The notes beneath the pieces were generated by a model. The model was given only the letters and a program-made list of their open reading frames with translations, searched no databases and had not been told where the DNA came from. Below are positions 12,828 through 32,989 of a DNA stretch of 64,000 nt, in pieces. The stretch spans positions 3,104,001-3,168,000 of the forward strand of contig CP086569.2 of NCBI GenBank assembly GCA_009914755.4, read 5' to 3'. The DNA is from the human T2T-CHM13v2.0 reference genome, Homo sapiens. Position 1 is the first letter of the stretch. The number at the start of each line of letters is the position of its first letter. A program made the position numbers and the translations under genes.

Positions 12828-15145
12828 TGCATTAGTCTATTCTCATGCTTCTATAAAGAAATACCCAAGACTGGGTAATTTATAAAGGAAAGAGGTTTAA
12901 CTGACTCAGTTCTGCATTGCAGGGGAGGCCTCAGGAAACTTACCATCATGACAGAAGGCAAAGTAGAAGCAAGTACCTTCTTCCCAAGGCGGCAGGAGAG
13001 AGCACAGTGTGCAGGGGAACCTGCCATTTATAAAACCATCAGGTCTCATGAGAACTCACTCACTGTCATGAAAACAGCATGGGGGAAACTGCTCCCATGA
13101 TCCAATAACCTCCTACCAGGTCCCCTCCTTGACAGGTGGGGATTACAATTTGACATGAGATTTGGGTGGGGACACAGAGCCAAACCATATAATTGTGCCC
13201 GTGGCCCCTCCCTCATCTCATGTTCTTTTTATATTTCAAAACCAATTATGCCTTTCCAATAGTCCCCCAAAGTCTTAATTCATTCCAGCATTAACTCAAA
13301 AGTCCAAGTCCAAAGTCTCATCTTAGACAAGGCAAATCTCTTCAACCTATACACCTGTAAAATCAAAAGCAAGTTAGTTACTTCCAAGATACAATGAGGG
13401 TACAGTCATTGGGTAAATGTTAGCAGTTCAAATGGGAGAAATTAGCCAAAACAAAGCAAAGGGGCTACAGGCCCCGTGCAAGTCCAAAACCTGCCCAGGC
13501 AGTCATAAATTTTAAAGCTCCAAAATCTACTTTGACTCCATGTCTTATATCCAGGGCAGGCTGATGCAAGGGGTGGGCTCCCAAGGCCTTGGGCAGCTCT
13601 GCTTCTGTGGCTCTGCAGGGTTCAGCACTTGCAGCTGGTTTCATAGGCTGGTATTGAGTACCTGTGGTTTTTCTAGGGCACAGTGCAAGCTATCAGTGGA
13701 TCTATATTTCTGGGGTCTGGAGGACAGTGGCCCTCTTCTCACAGATCCACTAGGCAGTGCCCCAGTGGGGATTCTGTGTGGGGACTCCAACCCCACATTT
13801 CTTTTCTGCATTGCCCTAGCAGAGTTTCTCCCTGATGGCTCTATCCCTGAAGCCGACTTCTGCCTGGACATCCAGTCATTTCCATACATCCTCTGAAATC
13901 TAGGCAGAGGTTCCCAAAGCTCAACTCTTTACTTCTGTATACCCACAGGCCCAACACCCCATAGAAACTGCCAATGCTTGGGGCTTGCACCCTCTGAAGC
14001 AATGGCCTGAGCTGCATGTGGGCCCCTTTTAGCCAAAGCTAAAGCTGGAGCAGTTCGGACGCAGGGCAGTCCTGAGGCTGCACAGAGCAGCTGGGCCCTG
14101 GGTCAGCCTCAGAAAACCATTTTTCCCTCCTAGGCTTTTGGGTCTGTAATGAGAAGGGCTGCCATGAAGATCTCTGACATGTCCTGGAGACATTTTTCCC
14201 ATTGTCTTGGCTGCTAACATTTGGCTCCTTGTTACTTATACAAATATCTGCAGCTGGCTTGAATTCCTCCCCAGAAAGTGGGTTTTTCTTTTCTACCACA
14301 TGATCAGGCTGCAAATTTTCCAAACTTTCACACTCTGCTTCCTCTTTAAACATAAGTTCCAATTTCAAACCATCTCTTCATGAGCATATATAACTGAACA
14401 TTTTCAGAATCAACCAGGTCACCCCTTGAAAGCTTTGCTACTTAGAAATTTCTTCTGGAAGATACCCTAAATTATCTCTCTCAAGTTCAAAGTTCCACAT
14501 ATCTCTAGGCCAGGGCCAAAATGCATTCAGTCTCTCTGCTAAAGGACAGCAAAAGTGACATTTGCTCCAGTTCCCAACAAGTTTCTCATCTCCATCTGAG
14601 ACCACATTAGACTGGACTTCATTGTCCTTATCACTATCAGCATTTGGGTCAAAACCAACAAGTCTCTAGCGAGTTCCAAACTTTCCCACTTCTCCCTGTC
14701 TTCTTCTGAGCCCTCCAAACTGTGCCAACCTCTGCCTGTTACCCAGTTTCAAAGTCACTTCCACATTTTCAGGTTATCTTTATAGCAGTGCCCCACTCTA
14801 AGTACCAGAGAAATACTAGAGACTAGGTAATTTATAAAATAAAGGGGCTTAATTGATTCACAGTTCCACATAGGTGTAGTGGCCTCAGGAAACTTACAAT
14901 AATGGCAGAAGGTAAACGAGAAGCAAGTACCTTCTTCCCAAAGTGGCAGGAGAGCAAGAGAGTGCAGGGAAAATTGCCATTTATAAAACCATCAGATCTC
15001 ATGAAAACTCACTCACTATCATGATAACAGCATGAAGGAAACTGCCCCCATGATCCAATCACCTCCCACCAGGTGTCTCCCTCGACACATGTGGATTACA
15101 ATTGGAGATGAGATTTGGGTGGGGACACACAACCAAACCATATCA
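12828..15145 (-). mobile_element. Full-length THE1-type MaLR retrotransposon (LTR-internal-LTR, 2318 bp) flanked by the 5-bp TSD ATGCA
   Basis: The reverse-complement 3' LTR is 12828-13196 (tgcattagtctattctcatgcttctataaagaaatacc...gggtggggacacagagccaaaccatata). The reverse-complement 5' LTR is about 14790-15145 (...gggtggggacacacaaccaaaccatatca). The ~1.6 kb non-coding internal region and the total length match THE1. ATGCA sits at 12823-12827 and again at 15146-15150. The two LTRs are roughly 85% identical to each other. Confidence 0.85.
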
Positions 15146-16746
15146 ATGCATCATTATATATGACACTGTTGACTTTTAAAATGATAGAAATTCAACATTA
15201 TCTCAATTATTGGGTTAGAATGCTATCACCAGGGTATTTTTAAATGACAATTTAAAATAGAACTAGATAAAAAGTAAAACTTCAACAAAACAAGCAAATA
15301 ATAAAACAAACAAAACCCAGCTCTAGCCAAATACATTTCTTCATTTTTTAATCTGTAGTATTTTTCTGATTTTTATGCAAGAAATGCTAATGGTTTCATG
15401 TATTGACAGAAAAATATATCTCAGCATGATTTATGATAGAATAGAATAAATTACAAATTATTTAGACTAAATTTAATACTTGAAGTCATTTTAATATAAT
15501 GGCTTGTGGGGAACAAACGCATAATGTCATTTTACAGTTTATCACATTATTTAGACTCTTACGTCATTTAATTGATTCAAAAAATTGCAGAAATAACTTC
15601 TTTACATTATATTGTAGTTTACTGAGGCTAGACATACATAACATAAAAAATTTGAAAAGTATATAATTAAAGTGAACAGATGGCCCTTTCCAGTAAAAAC
15701 AACTGGAAATGCAAATCAACTGAAATTTGGGAATAATTGTAGCAGATGGTATAGCCTTTGTACCACTTAGATAATGGCTGCCTTCAGTCTTCCTATTGAG
15801 GTTAGTTGAACATGTTGTTTTTCATGTATGCATTTAAATAGAAATACAAAAGAAGAGCAAAATGTACTTTTGTATCACATTAGTAAATAAGGCATTCACC
15901 TGTGAAAGTTTCTAGCTGTCCTTATCTCACATCTAATGTGCAGAGTGAATAAGCTGCCCAGTGTCATAAAATTAGGCCTCTTTTAAATGAGTCTTCTACT
16001 TGAAAGACAATACAATTGTGTGAGGTCATTCCCAGGAATACAAATGGGGCAAAAATGTGCCAAAGCAATTATTAATATATACTCAATTCTCATATTAAAA
16101 ATGAATGTCATCTGGTACTCTATCAAAGTAGTATTCTATTTAAAAATTTTCTGAGAAAGAATCTAACATCGCCTGTAACATCATACATTATTGAATAATT
16201 TCTTCTTGCATTTTCATGCTAATGTCAATTCATACACCTGAAAATGAAGTCCAATATAATATTAAAGATAAAAAAGGTTAAACAAACTTTTGCTGTTCAG
16301 CAACAGAAAAGCAACTTAGAGATTTGAAGCACATGAAGATAAAATGCCATTAATTCATTTAACAAATATTTGAAAATTTAAATCAGGTTTGTGTAATCAG
16401 TCTTATGCAACAACTAGAGAAGTGATATATGTGTGATTTAAAAAAAGCTAGATTTGAAAAGGAAAGTTAAAAAAGAAAAACTTTTCAAGGACACAACACC
16501 ACCCATTGCTCTTATATTACTATTAAAAACTGTAGCTGAAAGGCAACGCTAATGATTGCCTATAGTTGCTGCTGGCCAATATAGCCAGATATATTCTGCA
16601 TTCTCAGAAACAAAATAACATAAAGCCAGTTCTTTTATTATAAACAATAGATTTTGACATTAGGTTACAAGTTCAGATTACAGGTCAGCAAGTATGACCA
16701 TATTTGTTCGGAAGAGAGCTAGAAATAATGTTTAAAATAATAAAGA

Positions 16747-17651
16747 GAGGAGGAGCCAAGATGGCCGAATAGGAACAGCTCCGGTCTACAGCTCCCAGCG
16801 TGAGCGACGCAGAAGACGGGTGATTTCTGCATTTCCGTCTGAGGTACCGGGTTCATCTCACTAGGGAGTGCCAGACAGTGGGCGCAGGCCAGTGTGTGTG
16901 CGCACCGTGCGCGAGCCGAAGCAGGGCGAGGCATTGCCTCACCTGGGAAGCGCAAGGGGTCAGGGAGTTCCCTTTCCGAGTCAAAGAAAGGGGTGACGGA
17001 CGCACCTGGAAAATCGGGTCACTCCCACCCGAATATTGCGCTTTTCAGACCGGCTTAAGAAACGGCGCACCACGAGACTATATCCCACACCTGGCTCAGA
17101 GGGTCCTACGCCCATGGAATCGCACTGATTGCTAGCACAGCAGTCTGAGATCAGACTGCAAGGCGGCAACGAGGCTGGGGGAGGGGCACCCGCCATTGCC
17201 CAGGCTTGCTTAGGTAAACAAAGCAGCCGGGAAGCTCGAACTGGGTGGAGCCCACCACAGCTCAAGGAGGCCTGCCTACCTCTGTAGGCTCCACCTCTGG
17301 GGGCAGGGCACAGACAAACAAAAAGACAGCAGTAACCTCTGCAGACTTAAGTGTCCCTGTCTGACAGCTTCGAAGAGAGCAGTGGTTCTCCCAGCACGCA
17401 GCTGGAGATCTGAGAACGGGCAGACTGCCTCCTCAAGTGGGTCCCTGACCCCTGACCCCCGAGCATCCTAACTGGGAGGCACCCCCCAGCAGGGGCACAC
17501 TGACACCTCACACAGCAGGGTATTCCAACAGACCTGCAGCTGAGGGTCCTGTCTGTTAGAAGGAAAACTAACAACCAGAAAGGACATCTACACCGAAAAC
17601 CCATCTGTACATCACCATCATCAAAGACCAAAAGTAGATAAAACCACAAAG
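16747..17651 (+). promoter_or_regulatory. L1 5'UTR internal Pol II promoter (sense), a known antisense promoter region, and the only CpG-rich segment of the window
   Basis: The YY1-site core ccaagatggccgaatagg at the 5' end is intact and the segment has a high CpG density (cgacgcagaagacgg, gcgcaccgtgcgcgagccgaag, cggcgcaccacgag). Promoter function is established for L1HS 5'UTRs and is inferred here from near-identity. Confidence 0.7.
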
Positions 17652-18668
17652 ATGGGGAAAAAACAGAACAGAAAAACTGGAAACTCTAAAACGCAGAGCG
17701 CCTCTCCTCCTCCAAAGGAACGCAGTTCCTCACCAGCAACAGAACAAAGCTGGATGGAGAATGATTTTGACGAGCTGAGAGAAGAAGGCTTCAGACGATC
17801 AAATTACTCTGAGCTACGGGAGGACATTCAAACCAAAGGCAAAGAAGTTGAAAACTTTGAAAAAAATTTAGAAGAATGTATAACTAGAATAACCAATACA
17901 GAGAAGTGCTTAAAGGAGCTGACGGAGCTGAAAACCAAGGCTCGAGAACTACGTGAAGAATGCAGAAGCCTCAGGAGCTGATGCGATCAACTGGAAGAAA
18001 GGGTATCAGCGATGGAAGATGAAATGAATGAAATGAAGCGAGAAGGGAAGTTTAGAGAAAAAAGAATAAAAAGAAATGAGCAAAGCCTCCAAGAAATATG
18101 GGACTATGTGAAAAGACCAAATCTACCTCTGATTGGTGTACCTGAAAGTGATGTGGAGAATGGAACCAAGTTGGAAAACACTCTGCAGGATATTATCCAG
18201 GAGAACTTCCCCAATCTAGCAAGGCAGGCCAACATTCAAATTCAGGAAATACAGAGAACGCCACAAAGATACTCCTCGAGAAGAGCAACTCCAAGACACA
18301 TAATTGTCAGATTCACCAAAGTTGAAATGAAGGAAAAAATGTTAAGGGCAGCCAGAGAGAAAGGTCGGGTTACCCTCAAAGGAAAGCCCATCAGACTAAC
18401 AGCGGATCTCTCGGCAGAAACCCTACAAGCCAGAAGAGAGTGGGGGCCAATATTCAACATTCTTAAAGAAAAGAATTTTCAACCCAGAATTTCATATCCA
18501 GCCAAACTAAGCTTCATAAGTGAAGGAGAAATAAAATACTTTATAGACAAGCAAATGCTGAGAGATTTTGTCACCACCAGTCCTGCCCTAAAAGAGCTCC
18601 TGAAGGAAGCGCTAAACCTGGAAAGGAACAACCGGTACCAGCCGCTGCAAAATCATGCCAAAATGTAA
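17652..18668 (+). pseudogene. L1 ORF1 (ORF1p, 338 codons) inactivated by a single nonsense codon
   Basis: The reading MGKKQNRKTGNSKTQSASPPPKERSSSPATEQSWMENDFDELREEGFRRSNYSELREDIQTKGKEVENFEKNLEECITRITNTEKCLKELTELKTKARELREECRSLRS is followed by tga at 17979-17981 where L1HS has CGA (Arg). The same frame then continues intact (MEDEMNEMKREGKF...YQPLQNHAKM) to the native stop at 18666-18668. Confidence 0.9.
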
Positions 18669-18707
18669 AGACCATCGAGACTAGGAAGAAACTGCATCAA
18701 CTAATGA

Positions 18708-22544
<3,837 letters not shown>

Positions 22545-23649
22545 ACAATGAGATCACATGGACACAGGAAGGGGAATATCACACTCTGGGGACTGTGGTG
22601 GGGTCGGGGGAGGGGGGAGGGATAGCATTGGGAGATATACCTAATGCTAGATGACACGTTAGTGGGTGCAGCGCACCAGCATGGCACATGTATACATATG
22701 TAACTAACCTGCACAATGTGCACATGTACCCTAAAACTTAGAGTATAATAAAAAAAAAAAAATTAAAAAAAATAAAAAAATAAAAAAAATAAAAAAACTG
22801 TGATACACCAACAACAGAAAATATAGGAATAAGGAAAGCAGGGCTGGAGTGTGGAGAGGTGAGAAGAGCTGTCTGTATTGACAAAAGCAGAACCTTAGAA
22901 ACAACTTTCAGAAGCTCCTCATTAAATGAAACATTGTTATTTTCTTATGTCCCAAATATTAGCCAACTTGAGGTGAAATAAAGAGAAGTGACAGACTTTA
23001 GTCTCTGAGCGTACATCAAATGCATTGTCTTGTAGGAACAACTCTTTTACTTCAGTTACACCACCATGCTCTTTAAATTCTCTGTTATTCAGTGAAACTT
23101 TCTACTTAGGATATTTGATCAGTTGATTCATACCCAGTGTGAAATGCTTGAGAAGTTTAATTTCATGTAGTATCAGGGCAATAATCTCTTTACTTTGACC
23201 CAAACATCTTTGACTATGAAAAATCACTGAGAACAGAGGACACCCCACAAAGGCATCAACTTTGTTCTTCCCCAGCTTCACACTGTAAGAAATTTGGGTT
23301 CTCCACCTATTCCTGCGTTCCCAGGGAGGTATCGGTACAAGAAGATAAAAAATTGCTCCTTCCTATTCTAATTTAATAATAGTAAGGGAACATATATTTT
23401 ATAAAGCAGTACCTCTGGGCAGATAAATACACTGAAATACAGTGAAGGCAAAAAATAGGGCTCATATTGGCATGTTAGGGAACAATTTAAGTTAGGAAAA
23501 CTTCTATAGCAAGATAGCTGCAAAGGACATTTCAGCTGGACAGATTTTCTTTGTGCTTTCATCCAATTTGAATAGAAGATGTTTTTTGCTGTTTTATTGA
23601 GGCAACAAGTTTTTCTTGGCATTGGCACTATTTCAAAAGAATACAAAAA

Positions 23650-23692
23650 TCATGGTTGAAAAAAAATAAAATAAAATAAAATAAAATAATAA
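23650..23692. repeat. (AAAAT)n simple repeat
   Basis: The run reads aaaaaaaataaaataaaataaaataaaataataaag. Confidence 0.8.
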
Positions 23693-24974
23693 AGAAAGCA
23701 TTCAGCAAAGGGTTTTGAGCAGTGGTCTTTGACCTCTAATAAAAGGTGTTCACAATTTGCATTTGTACGTAAGTGTAAAGTTAATAGTCCAGTGAAAAAT
23801 AAAAACATTTTTAGAAAAAATTAAAATGTATTTAACAAACCATTTTTATTTATTATAAAAGATAACGCCAGAGTTACTAACTCATATTGATTTTCATATA
23901 TAAGAAAACTGGTGAGAATATTTAGTGGTTAATTTTTACATCTATGGAATAATAAATGGGTAGAAATGAGCTAAAGGAAGTATGTTTTTAGACTACAGAA
24001 GTGCCATGGGCTTAATGACTCTAAATAAGAGAGGGGAGTTGGTGGATAAACAGCTTTTGTAGTATGATTATGAGGCATGTTCAACATTGTTTCTCACTGT
24101 GTCTCCAGAAGAATTGAGTGTCTCAGATTGGTAACACACTATTTATCCTACTCTTTATAAGCTTTCTGCCTCCTGAACCTCCAATCCCCATTTATTCAGC
24201 GTGTCTTTTTGGATCACCTAGTCTGAAACTACTTACAAACCAATTCTTTTCTGAGATACTTTGAGGAGAGCCAAAACAAAGAAAACTCTTTAGAAATAAT
24301 TTCCCAAGGTTACTTCTGCTTATGGCAGAGAGAACCACACTCCCCAAAAATGAATTGAAAGAAAAATTTGGCCACAGTTATCATCACAAGAGCATTGATT
24401 GCCTCTACCTTTATAAAGCATCACTTCTTTTTATTGTCTTATTTCTCCTATATCCCACTGTCTCTCCTTTGTATCCTCTTCTTATTAACCTAATTGATAT
24501 CCTCACCTTTTTATTTCAACATTAGTCTCAGGATCTCTGGTCCTGGTTCCCTGGGCTCTGAAGAGTTTATGAAAATTTTCCATTGCCTGGAGGACTTACT
24601 ATAATTTACAATGTTATAAAGTTTAGTATTTCATAAATTGCTAGATGATGATTTTCAGTATATATTCTATGAAAATTTTATAATAAGCGTTATGTAAAAA
24701 TCACCTGCTGTGGCTAAGTTTTAACTGCCGAGACAGAAAATGGTAAATTTATCGATAGCAAAATTTTTAAGAATTGTTAATAATATAATTTGAATTATAA
24801 AACCTTAAAATGAGCATAGATTTGGCAGTGTTTAACAATTATGCTTTACTCTAACTCCTATTTGCATACCACTTAATTAGTGTAAAACTAAAATGATCTG
24901 GAAAAGCACAGATAAAAAAGCATTCTAATGGGAAACATTCTATCTCTCTCTCTCTCTCTGTCATTGATCTAAAT

Positions 24975-27699
<2,725 letters not shown>

Positions 27700-27700
<1 letters not shown>

Positions 27701-27950
27701 GCTGGAGGCACCCAAGCTCTCTTTCTGTGTAGCTCCAACTGGAGGCTGGAATATACATATATAGAGAGGTATAAATATACCTCTCTCTATATATTTTATA
27801 TATGAATATATATTATACTTCAGCATATGACTTCAAGTTTGAACTATGTGTCAGAATTATTCTGACTCCCCCTTGAGCTTTGAATAAATACATATTATAT
27901 ATAAATCTTATATATATATCCTTTCTCTCTCTCTCTTTCTCTCTCAATCC
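27700..27950. repeat. TA-rich simple or palindromic sequence plus (CT)n
   Basis: A near-perfect palindrome tatatagagaggtataaatatacctctctctatatat sits at 27758-27795, and ctttctctctctctctttctctctc at 27912-27937. Confidence 0.8.
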
Positions 27951-30589
27951 TCCACATTAAAAAAATAAAAGTTTAACTGTGATGAATATATTCTAAACAC
28001 ATTTTAAGTGCATTTCTTCATCCTACAATGAAAAATGACTTCTGAAATAAACTAATTTTATACCTCAAATTTTGTTGGAATTTGCCCAATTTGTGGAGAT
28101 TTTCCAAGTAATTCAATGGAGATTAAGCAGTTTTTCTTTGTGAGACTGTTACTAGACAACTATAACAATAATGTTTTTTTTTTCAGTGTTTTGGTTAAAC
28201 TATTGGTAACATAAGGTCAAGCTCTGATATCACTCTTTTTTTATCAATGACTTCCAACTAAGTGGAGAGGTTTTGTTGCGTGGACATTTCTTTACACTGT
28301 GTAGCTGTTATGTTTGATAGGTCTACCTATGAAGTGCCAGGTTTTTATTAGGGGACATCTTAAATATTTGTTAATTAAATTTTATAGTTAGAAAGTGCTT
28401 TTATCAAATATACCATTTTAACTTAGAAAACCTGACATTTTGGCAAATACATGAGGCAATAAAATGAAACTTTCAATGTTCCTCTTTACTTCAGGACCCT
28501 TCCATTCTTCCCCTCTGGGCTCACGCAATTAGAAAATGACATTGCAAATTGTGCTTTTGTTCATATTTTGGAATTTTGAGTATTAGTGTAACGGTTGGCA
28601 TATCTATATGGGAAAATATATGTTCTCCTATAAGTTTTACTTTCAAACTTGACAATTTATCTTTGATGAAATTATCAAAATGTGTGTTATGAAGAACTAG
28701 AGAAATTGATGAACAAGTATTCTCCTTTGAGCTTAAGGAGCAGAGTTTAGTTGGAAACATACACTGTAAAATGTATGAGTACAATAGAGAGTGGTAAAAC
28801 AATATAGGATAAAGATGAGCAAAGAATGTGGAAGACAAAACAATAGAACTGAAACAAAATGGAACTAAACTTCTGTGAAAGAACATGAAAAAGTCACACT
28901 AAGGTGAATTTGTATATGGATGTCTAGAAGACAGGTGAGCTGAAAAACTATTTGAAAAGTGGAACATTAAAGTCTGAACTATGGGGCACAAGACATTTTG
29001 AAAAATATGTATACATTTTATTTTAAAAGGGGGATAATTAATATGACTATAATAGCAATGTAACTTTTTTGTACCACTATTCAGATTAAAAAACAGAAAG
29101 CTAGATTCTGATGGCATGATTGTTTACATAATAGAAATATGGTAGGTGTGATAGTTTGTCATAAGAAACCCCTTTCTTTTCCTGTAAAAGGAAAACACCC
29201 TGAAACATTGAGAGATGCTTTGGAAGGAACAGAGAGAGAGAGAGATTGATTTTATATCATGAAAAGCAATATGCTATAGTGGGCAATTTTTTCTTTACCC
29301 TAAAATATTTGAGTATACATACATCCTATAATTATTTCAGGAGGTAGAAACAGTCTTGTTAAAGCAATGATCTTATTCAAAATAGTAACAGTAGAGAAGG
29401 AGATTAAGTGCCACCACAAAAGGCTCATAATCAGTTAAAGTTCTTTGTCTCCTAGCAAATATGTTGAAAGAAATACCTTGAAATCTCAAAGCACAGAGTA
29501 TTCATCAGTGTTCTTCAGAGAAACAGAACCAATAGAGAGGGATTTGTTATAAGGTACTATCTCACACAATTATAGAGGCTGAGGAATCTCGTGATATGCT
29601 GTTTGCAAGCTTTAGACCCAGGAAAGCCAGTGGCATAGCTCAAAGGCCTGAGAGCTGGAGTGCCAATGATGTAGATTCCAGGACTAATCTGAAGGCTTAG
29701 GAACCAGTAGCACCGAAGGTGGCAGATTGATGTCCTAGCTCAAGCAGTCTGGCAGAGGGAAGGATAATCCAAGCTTCCTCCGCTTTTTTGTTCTATTCAG
29801 GTGCTCAATGGATTGGATGATGCCCACACATATTTGGAAGGGCCTTATATTTCATTTAGTTCATCAATTCAAATGCTAATCACTTTCCAGAAACAATCTT
29901 ATAAACACAAAAATAGTTTTTAACCACATATCTGAACATTCATGGCCATGTCAAGTTGACACATAAAATTAACTATCAGAAGTCTACCCCTTGTCAACTT
30001 GGTACCCATATCCATCTCAAATAAAGACAATAGCAATATCATAATTCTGCCTAACATAATGCAATTATCCTGAATACATTGAAAAATGCACTAACCTCTT
30101 CCCCAGAAGAGGAGGTAAAATCTTTGAGTGATGTTTACTTTTCCTGATATTCCTTAGCTTAAATGCTATGATATAAGATTAACAACACTAGGAAACTTTT
30201 ACATAAAGTCTATTCATCTTATGTTACTTGATAAGACAAAAGAGAGGGAAGAAAACAAATATATTTGCTGTGTATATGCACATGAACATACACACACACA
30301 AATGCATTCTTAAAAACCTAAGAAAATACTCATGACGATTAAACCCCTCAATTCTCTAACTGGCCCCATGGTCATATCTGTTATTTATAACTACTTTCTT
30401 CCACTACCCATTGTGTATTTCCTTTGCCTTCAGCAAGTACATCAGCTGGTCATGGTTGTTTACCTGGTGAGGTTAACCAAACCTTCCTTCCTGACAGGTC
30501 TGCATTATGAGCAGTCCTGCCTGGATTAGGTTGTTCAAACATTATATGGATCTTCATCATAGGGTATGGTAACATTAAGACACCCTAAG

Positions 30590-30860
30590 GGATTTTCTGT
30601 ATTTCAGGCATACTCTTTATTATCCCCATTGTGGAGTAGTAGTCAAATTTTGCTTTGGTAATCAAAATCAATTACCTCACCCAGCACAGTAACTTTCTTT
30701 CCCTGTTGATTCAGAGGCATGAGTAGTCATAAGTGGCTGAGTGACAGTCTTAACTTTCATTCTAATGAAATGATTATTGTGTCTCCTGGTAGAAAGTTTC
30801 CTCCCTTTGGAACTACGTCCTCTGGGCCAGCAGAGTATAATAAGGCAGTAACAGGAAGCA
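30590..30860 (-). pseudogene. Degraded retroviral dUTPase domain (ERV-L pol C-terminal dUTPase), one frame with two in-frame stops
   Basis: The reverse-strand translation reads ...PVTALLYSAGPEDVVPKGGNFLPGDTIIISLE*KLRLSLSHL*LLMPLNQQGKKVTVLGEVIDFDYQSKI*. SAGPED...LPGDTIII resembles dUTPase motif 1 and its beta-strand (E. coli SAGLDLRA...APGDTTLVPTGL). GEVIDFDYQ matches motif 3 (E. coli GLIDSDYQG) at the expected ~32-residue spacing. Motif 3 codons lie at + strand 30653-30682 and motif 1 at 30817-30834. Confidence 0.55.
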
Positions 30861-32989
30861 ACATTTTTGCTAGTGGGTCACAGGGGATAATGGTGAGTGC
30901 TGCCACTCTCATTTTCACACCTTGATTCCTGGACCTGTGAATTCTGGCTATGGGACAAATAGCACCAAATGTTACCAACTGACAGAGCACATATAAAGCC
31001 TTCTGGAAAACCTTGCCCCAGCCCTGCAAAGTCCTGACACCCAGCTGGTACTGTAATTGTGTCTTCAAAAGGCCACTTATCTATTTTATCAAGCTAGCTG
31101 CTTCAGGATGGTGGATAACATGGGCCTATTGCCACTCTTCGTTTGCTATGAAGTGAGTTTCTTGGTAAGAGGCAATGCTGTGTGGAATATAATGGTGGAT
31201 CAAGCATTCTATAAGCCCACAGATTGTAGTTTAGACAAAAGCACTGCATGCAGGAAAGGCAAATTAAAAACTGTAGTAAATGCCTACTCCAATATAAACA
31301 AAATATTTCCCTTTCCATGACTGAGGTGGCCTAATGTAATCAACATGTCACTAGGTACCATTGGCTGATCACTCTGGGAAATGGAAGTATATTGAGAACT
31401 CAATGTTGATCTGTGCTGCTGAAATATTGAATCCCGATAGGAAAGGCTTAGAGAAATATTGACAACATAAATTATAGTGTATCAGGGTCCTTCCTGGAGA
31501 AGATATAACCTTTTAATTATATAAGGGGTTCTGGGTCTGTAAACTGGCCCAATTCTGGAAACTGATTGAGGGGCTATGAGTCTATACTTTAATGATTCAA
31601 GTTAGATTTTTGTTCACTTAACCTAGAACTTTCCTTCTTATATAAATCAGGTAAGAAGATAGTAGGCTTCCTATCTATTTCACTTTTCAAATGTCATGAT
31701 TGACTAGCCAATGTCATAGGTATACATCAGTCAGACTATTCTGATTGCTGCTTTTACTTTGCTGTCCATTAGGGTTACCATGACAACCCTGCCTTTGGTG
31801 GTTGAGTGCCAACACTTCACCCTTGTGCCTCTGGAATACATTTACTCCCATTGCATTTAGTTTTTCTAATCGAATTGCTGTAGTTTCCATTGTAAGGTCT
31901 ATCCCGCAGAGAAAAGCGATCACAGAGCCCTTCATAGATAGTGGAGTTTCCCCAAAAATTTATTTCTCAAAGTGGTGGTGAAAGGTATAACTTCTGGGCT
32001 GTCCCAGTGTGGGTGAGTAAGTACTAAATGAAAAATCCACTCTTAACATTCAATTTTCTCTAAGCCTCTTAATCCCTTCCTCTACATTACACCAAAGGAG
32101 GTAGGCATTTTTGGTTCACTCAAAGTGGTCAATATTTTGGTTCCTATCTCAGCCAATCATTAAAAAAACTGCTAGAGTAATTTTTAACTCCCTGAACTGC
32201 AACATTAAATGCAGAATCTCTGTTAAGTGAGCCTATATTAATAAATTTGGCTTAATCCAATTTTATGTCACTTCCACCATTATCCCGTAACCTCCATATT
32301 TATTTCCACACATATTTCCTGATTTATGTCTGTATTAATTAGAAAAGTCAAGTAGTTTCTGGAAGTGCACACCTCCTCATTGGTCACACTTTGTACCTCA
32401 TCATTAGTGGCCTGGTGGTACCTGAGTCCAGTTACAGGTCTATAAGCAAATAAGGGTAAAATAGATGGATCATGAAGAGAAGCAACATTTTCTGGGGTGG
32501 CAATTGTCTCAGGGGAGGTAATTACTGTTTTTTTTCAGGTAATGCAGAGTTAATCCACTCACGCAGGGCTGGAAAGGCTGATACCGCTGGGGGTGTGGAT
32601 GATGTTGCCACTTGGAGTGGAGATACTGCTTTGGCTTGGAGTAGGGAGGCCACTTATGCTGAGGTTAGGAAGAACTGTTCCACTGACAAAACTAACATCG
32701 GAATTTAGAAGCTCAGTTTCCCCAGTATAATCAGCCATTCCACATGTCCCCATTCCAACTTACAAGATGCCATTTTTTTCCCTAATTTTTTTTTCTACTT
32801 TTACAATAGACACCCTGTGAAGCTGGTTGGGAGTTCAACTTGAATTGTAATTCAGACAATTGCAGGATGAGATTCTGAGTTTGATTTTCAGCAACATCAG
32901 CTCTGTGGCTATAGAAGATAAAAGTTTCTTTCAAGACACACATAGAAACCTTCAAGTCATGTATGCAGCACATGAGGTGGTATATATAA

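Noticed and set aside
13540-13896. 118-aa ORF on the plus strand inside the THE1 internal region
   Set aside because: THE1 and MaLR internal regions are non-coding, the ORF is antisense to the element, and it shows no motif.
16700-16760. Target-site duplication of the young L1
   Set aside because: Both flanks are A-rich (aaaataataaagaga upstream, with the poly-A merging into aaaaaactgtg downstream), so the TSD cannot be delimited confidently without an empty-site allele.
31057-31320. Plus-strand ORF (…NAVWNIMVDQAFYKPTDCS…) and reverse-strand ORF 31103-31318 (…SRHLLQFLICLSCMQCFC…) as integrase zinc-finger or DDE remnants
   Set aside because: The resemblance to HHCC or D,D-35-E motifs is too loose to call by eye. 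It needs a profile search, so I am not reporting it as a feature.
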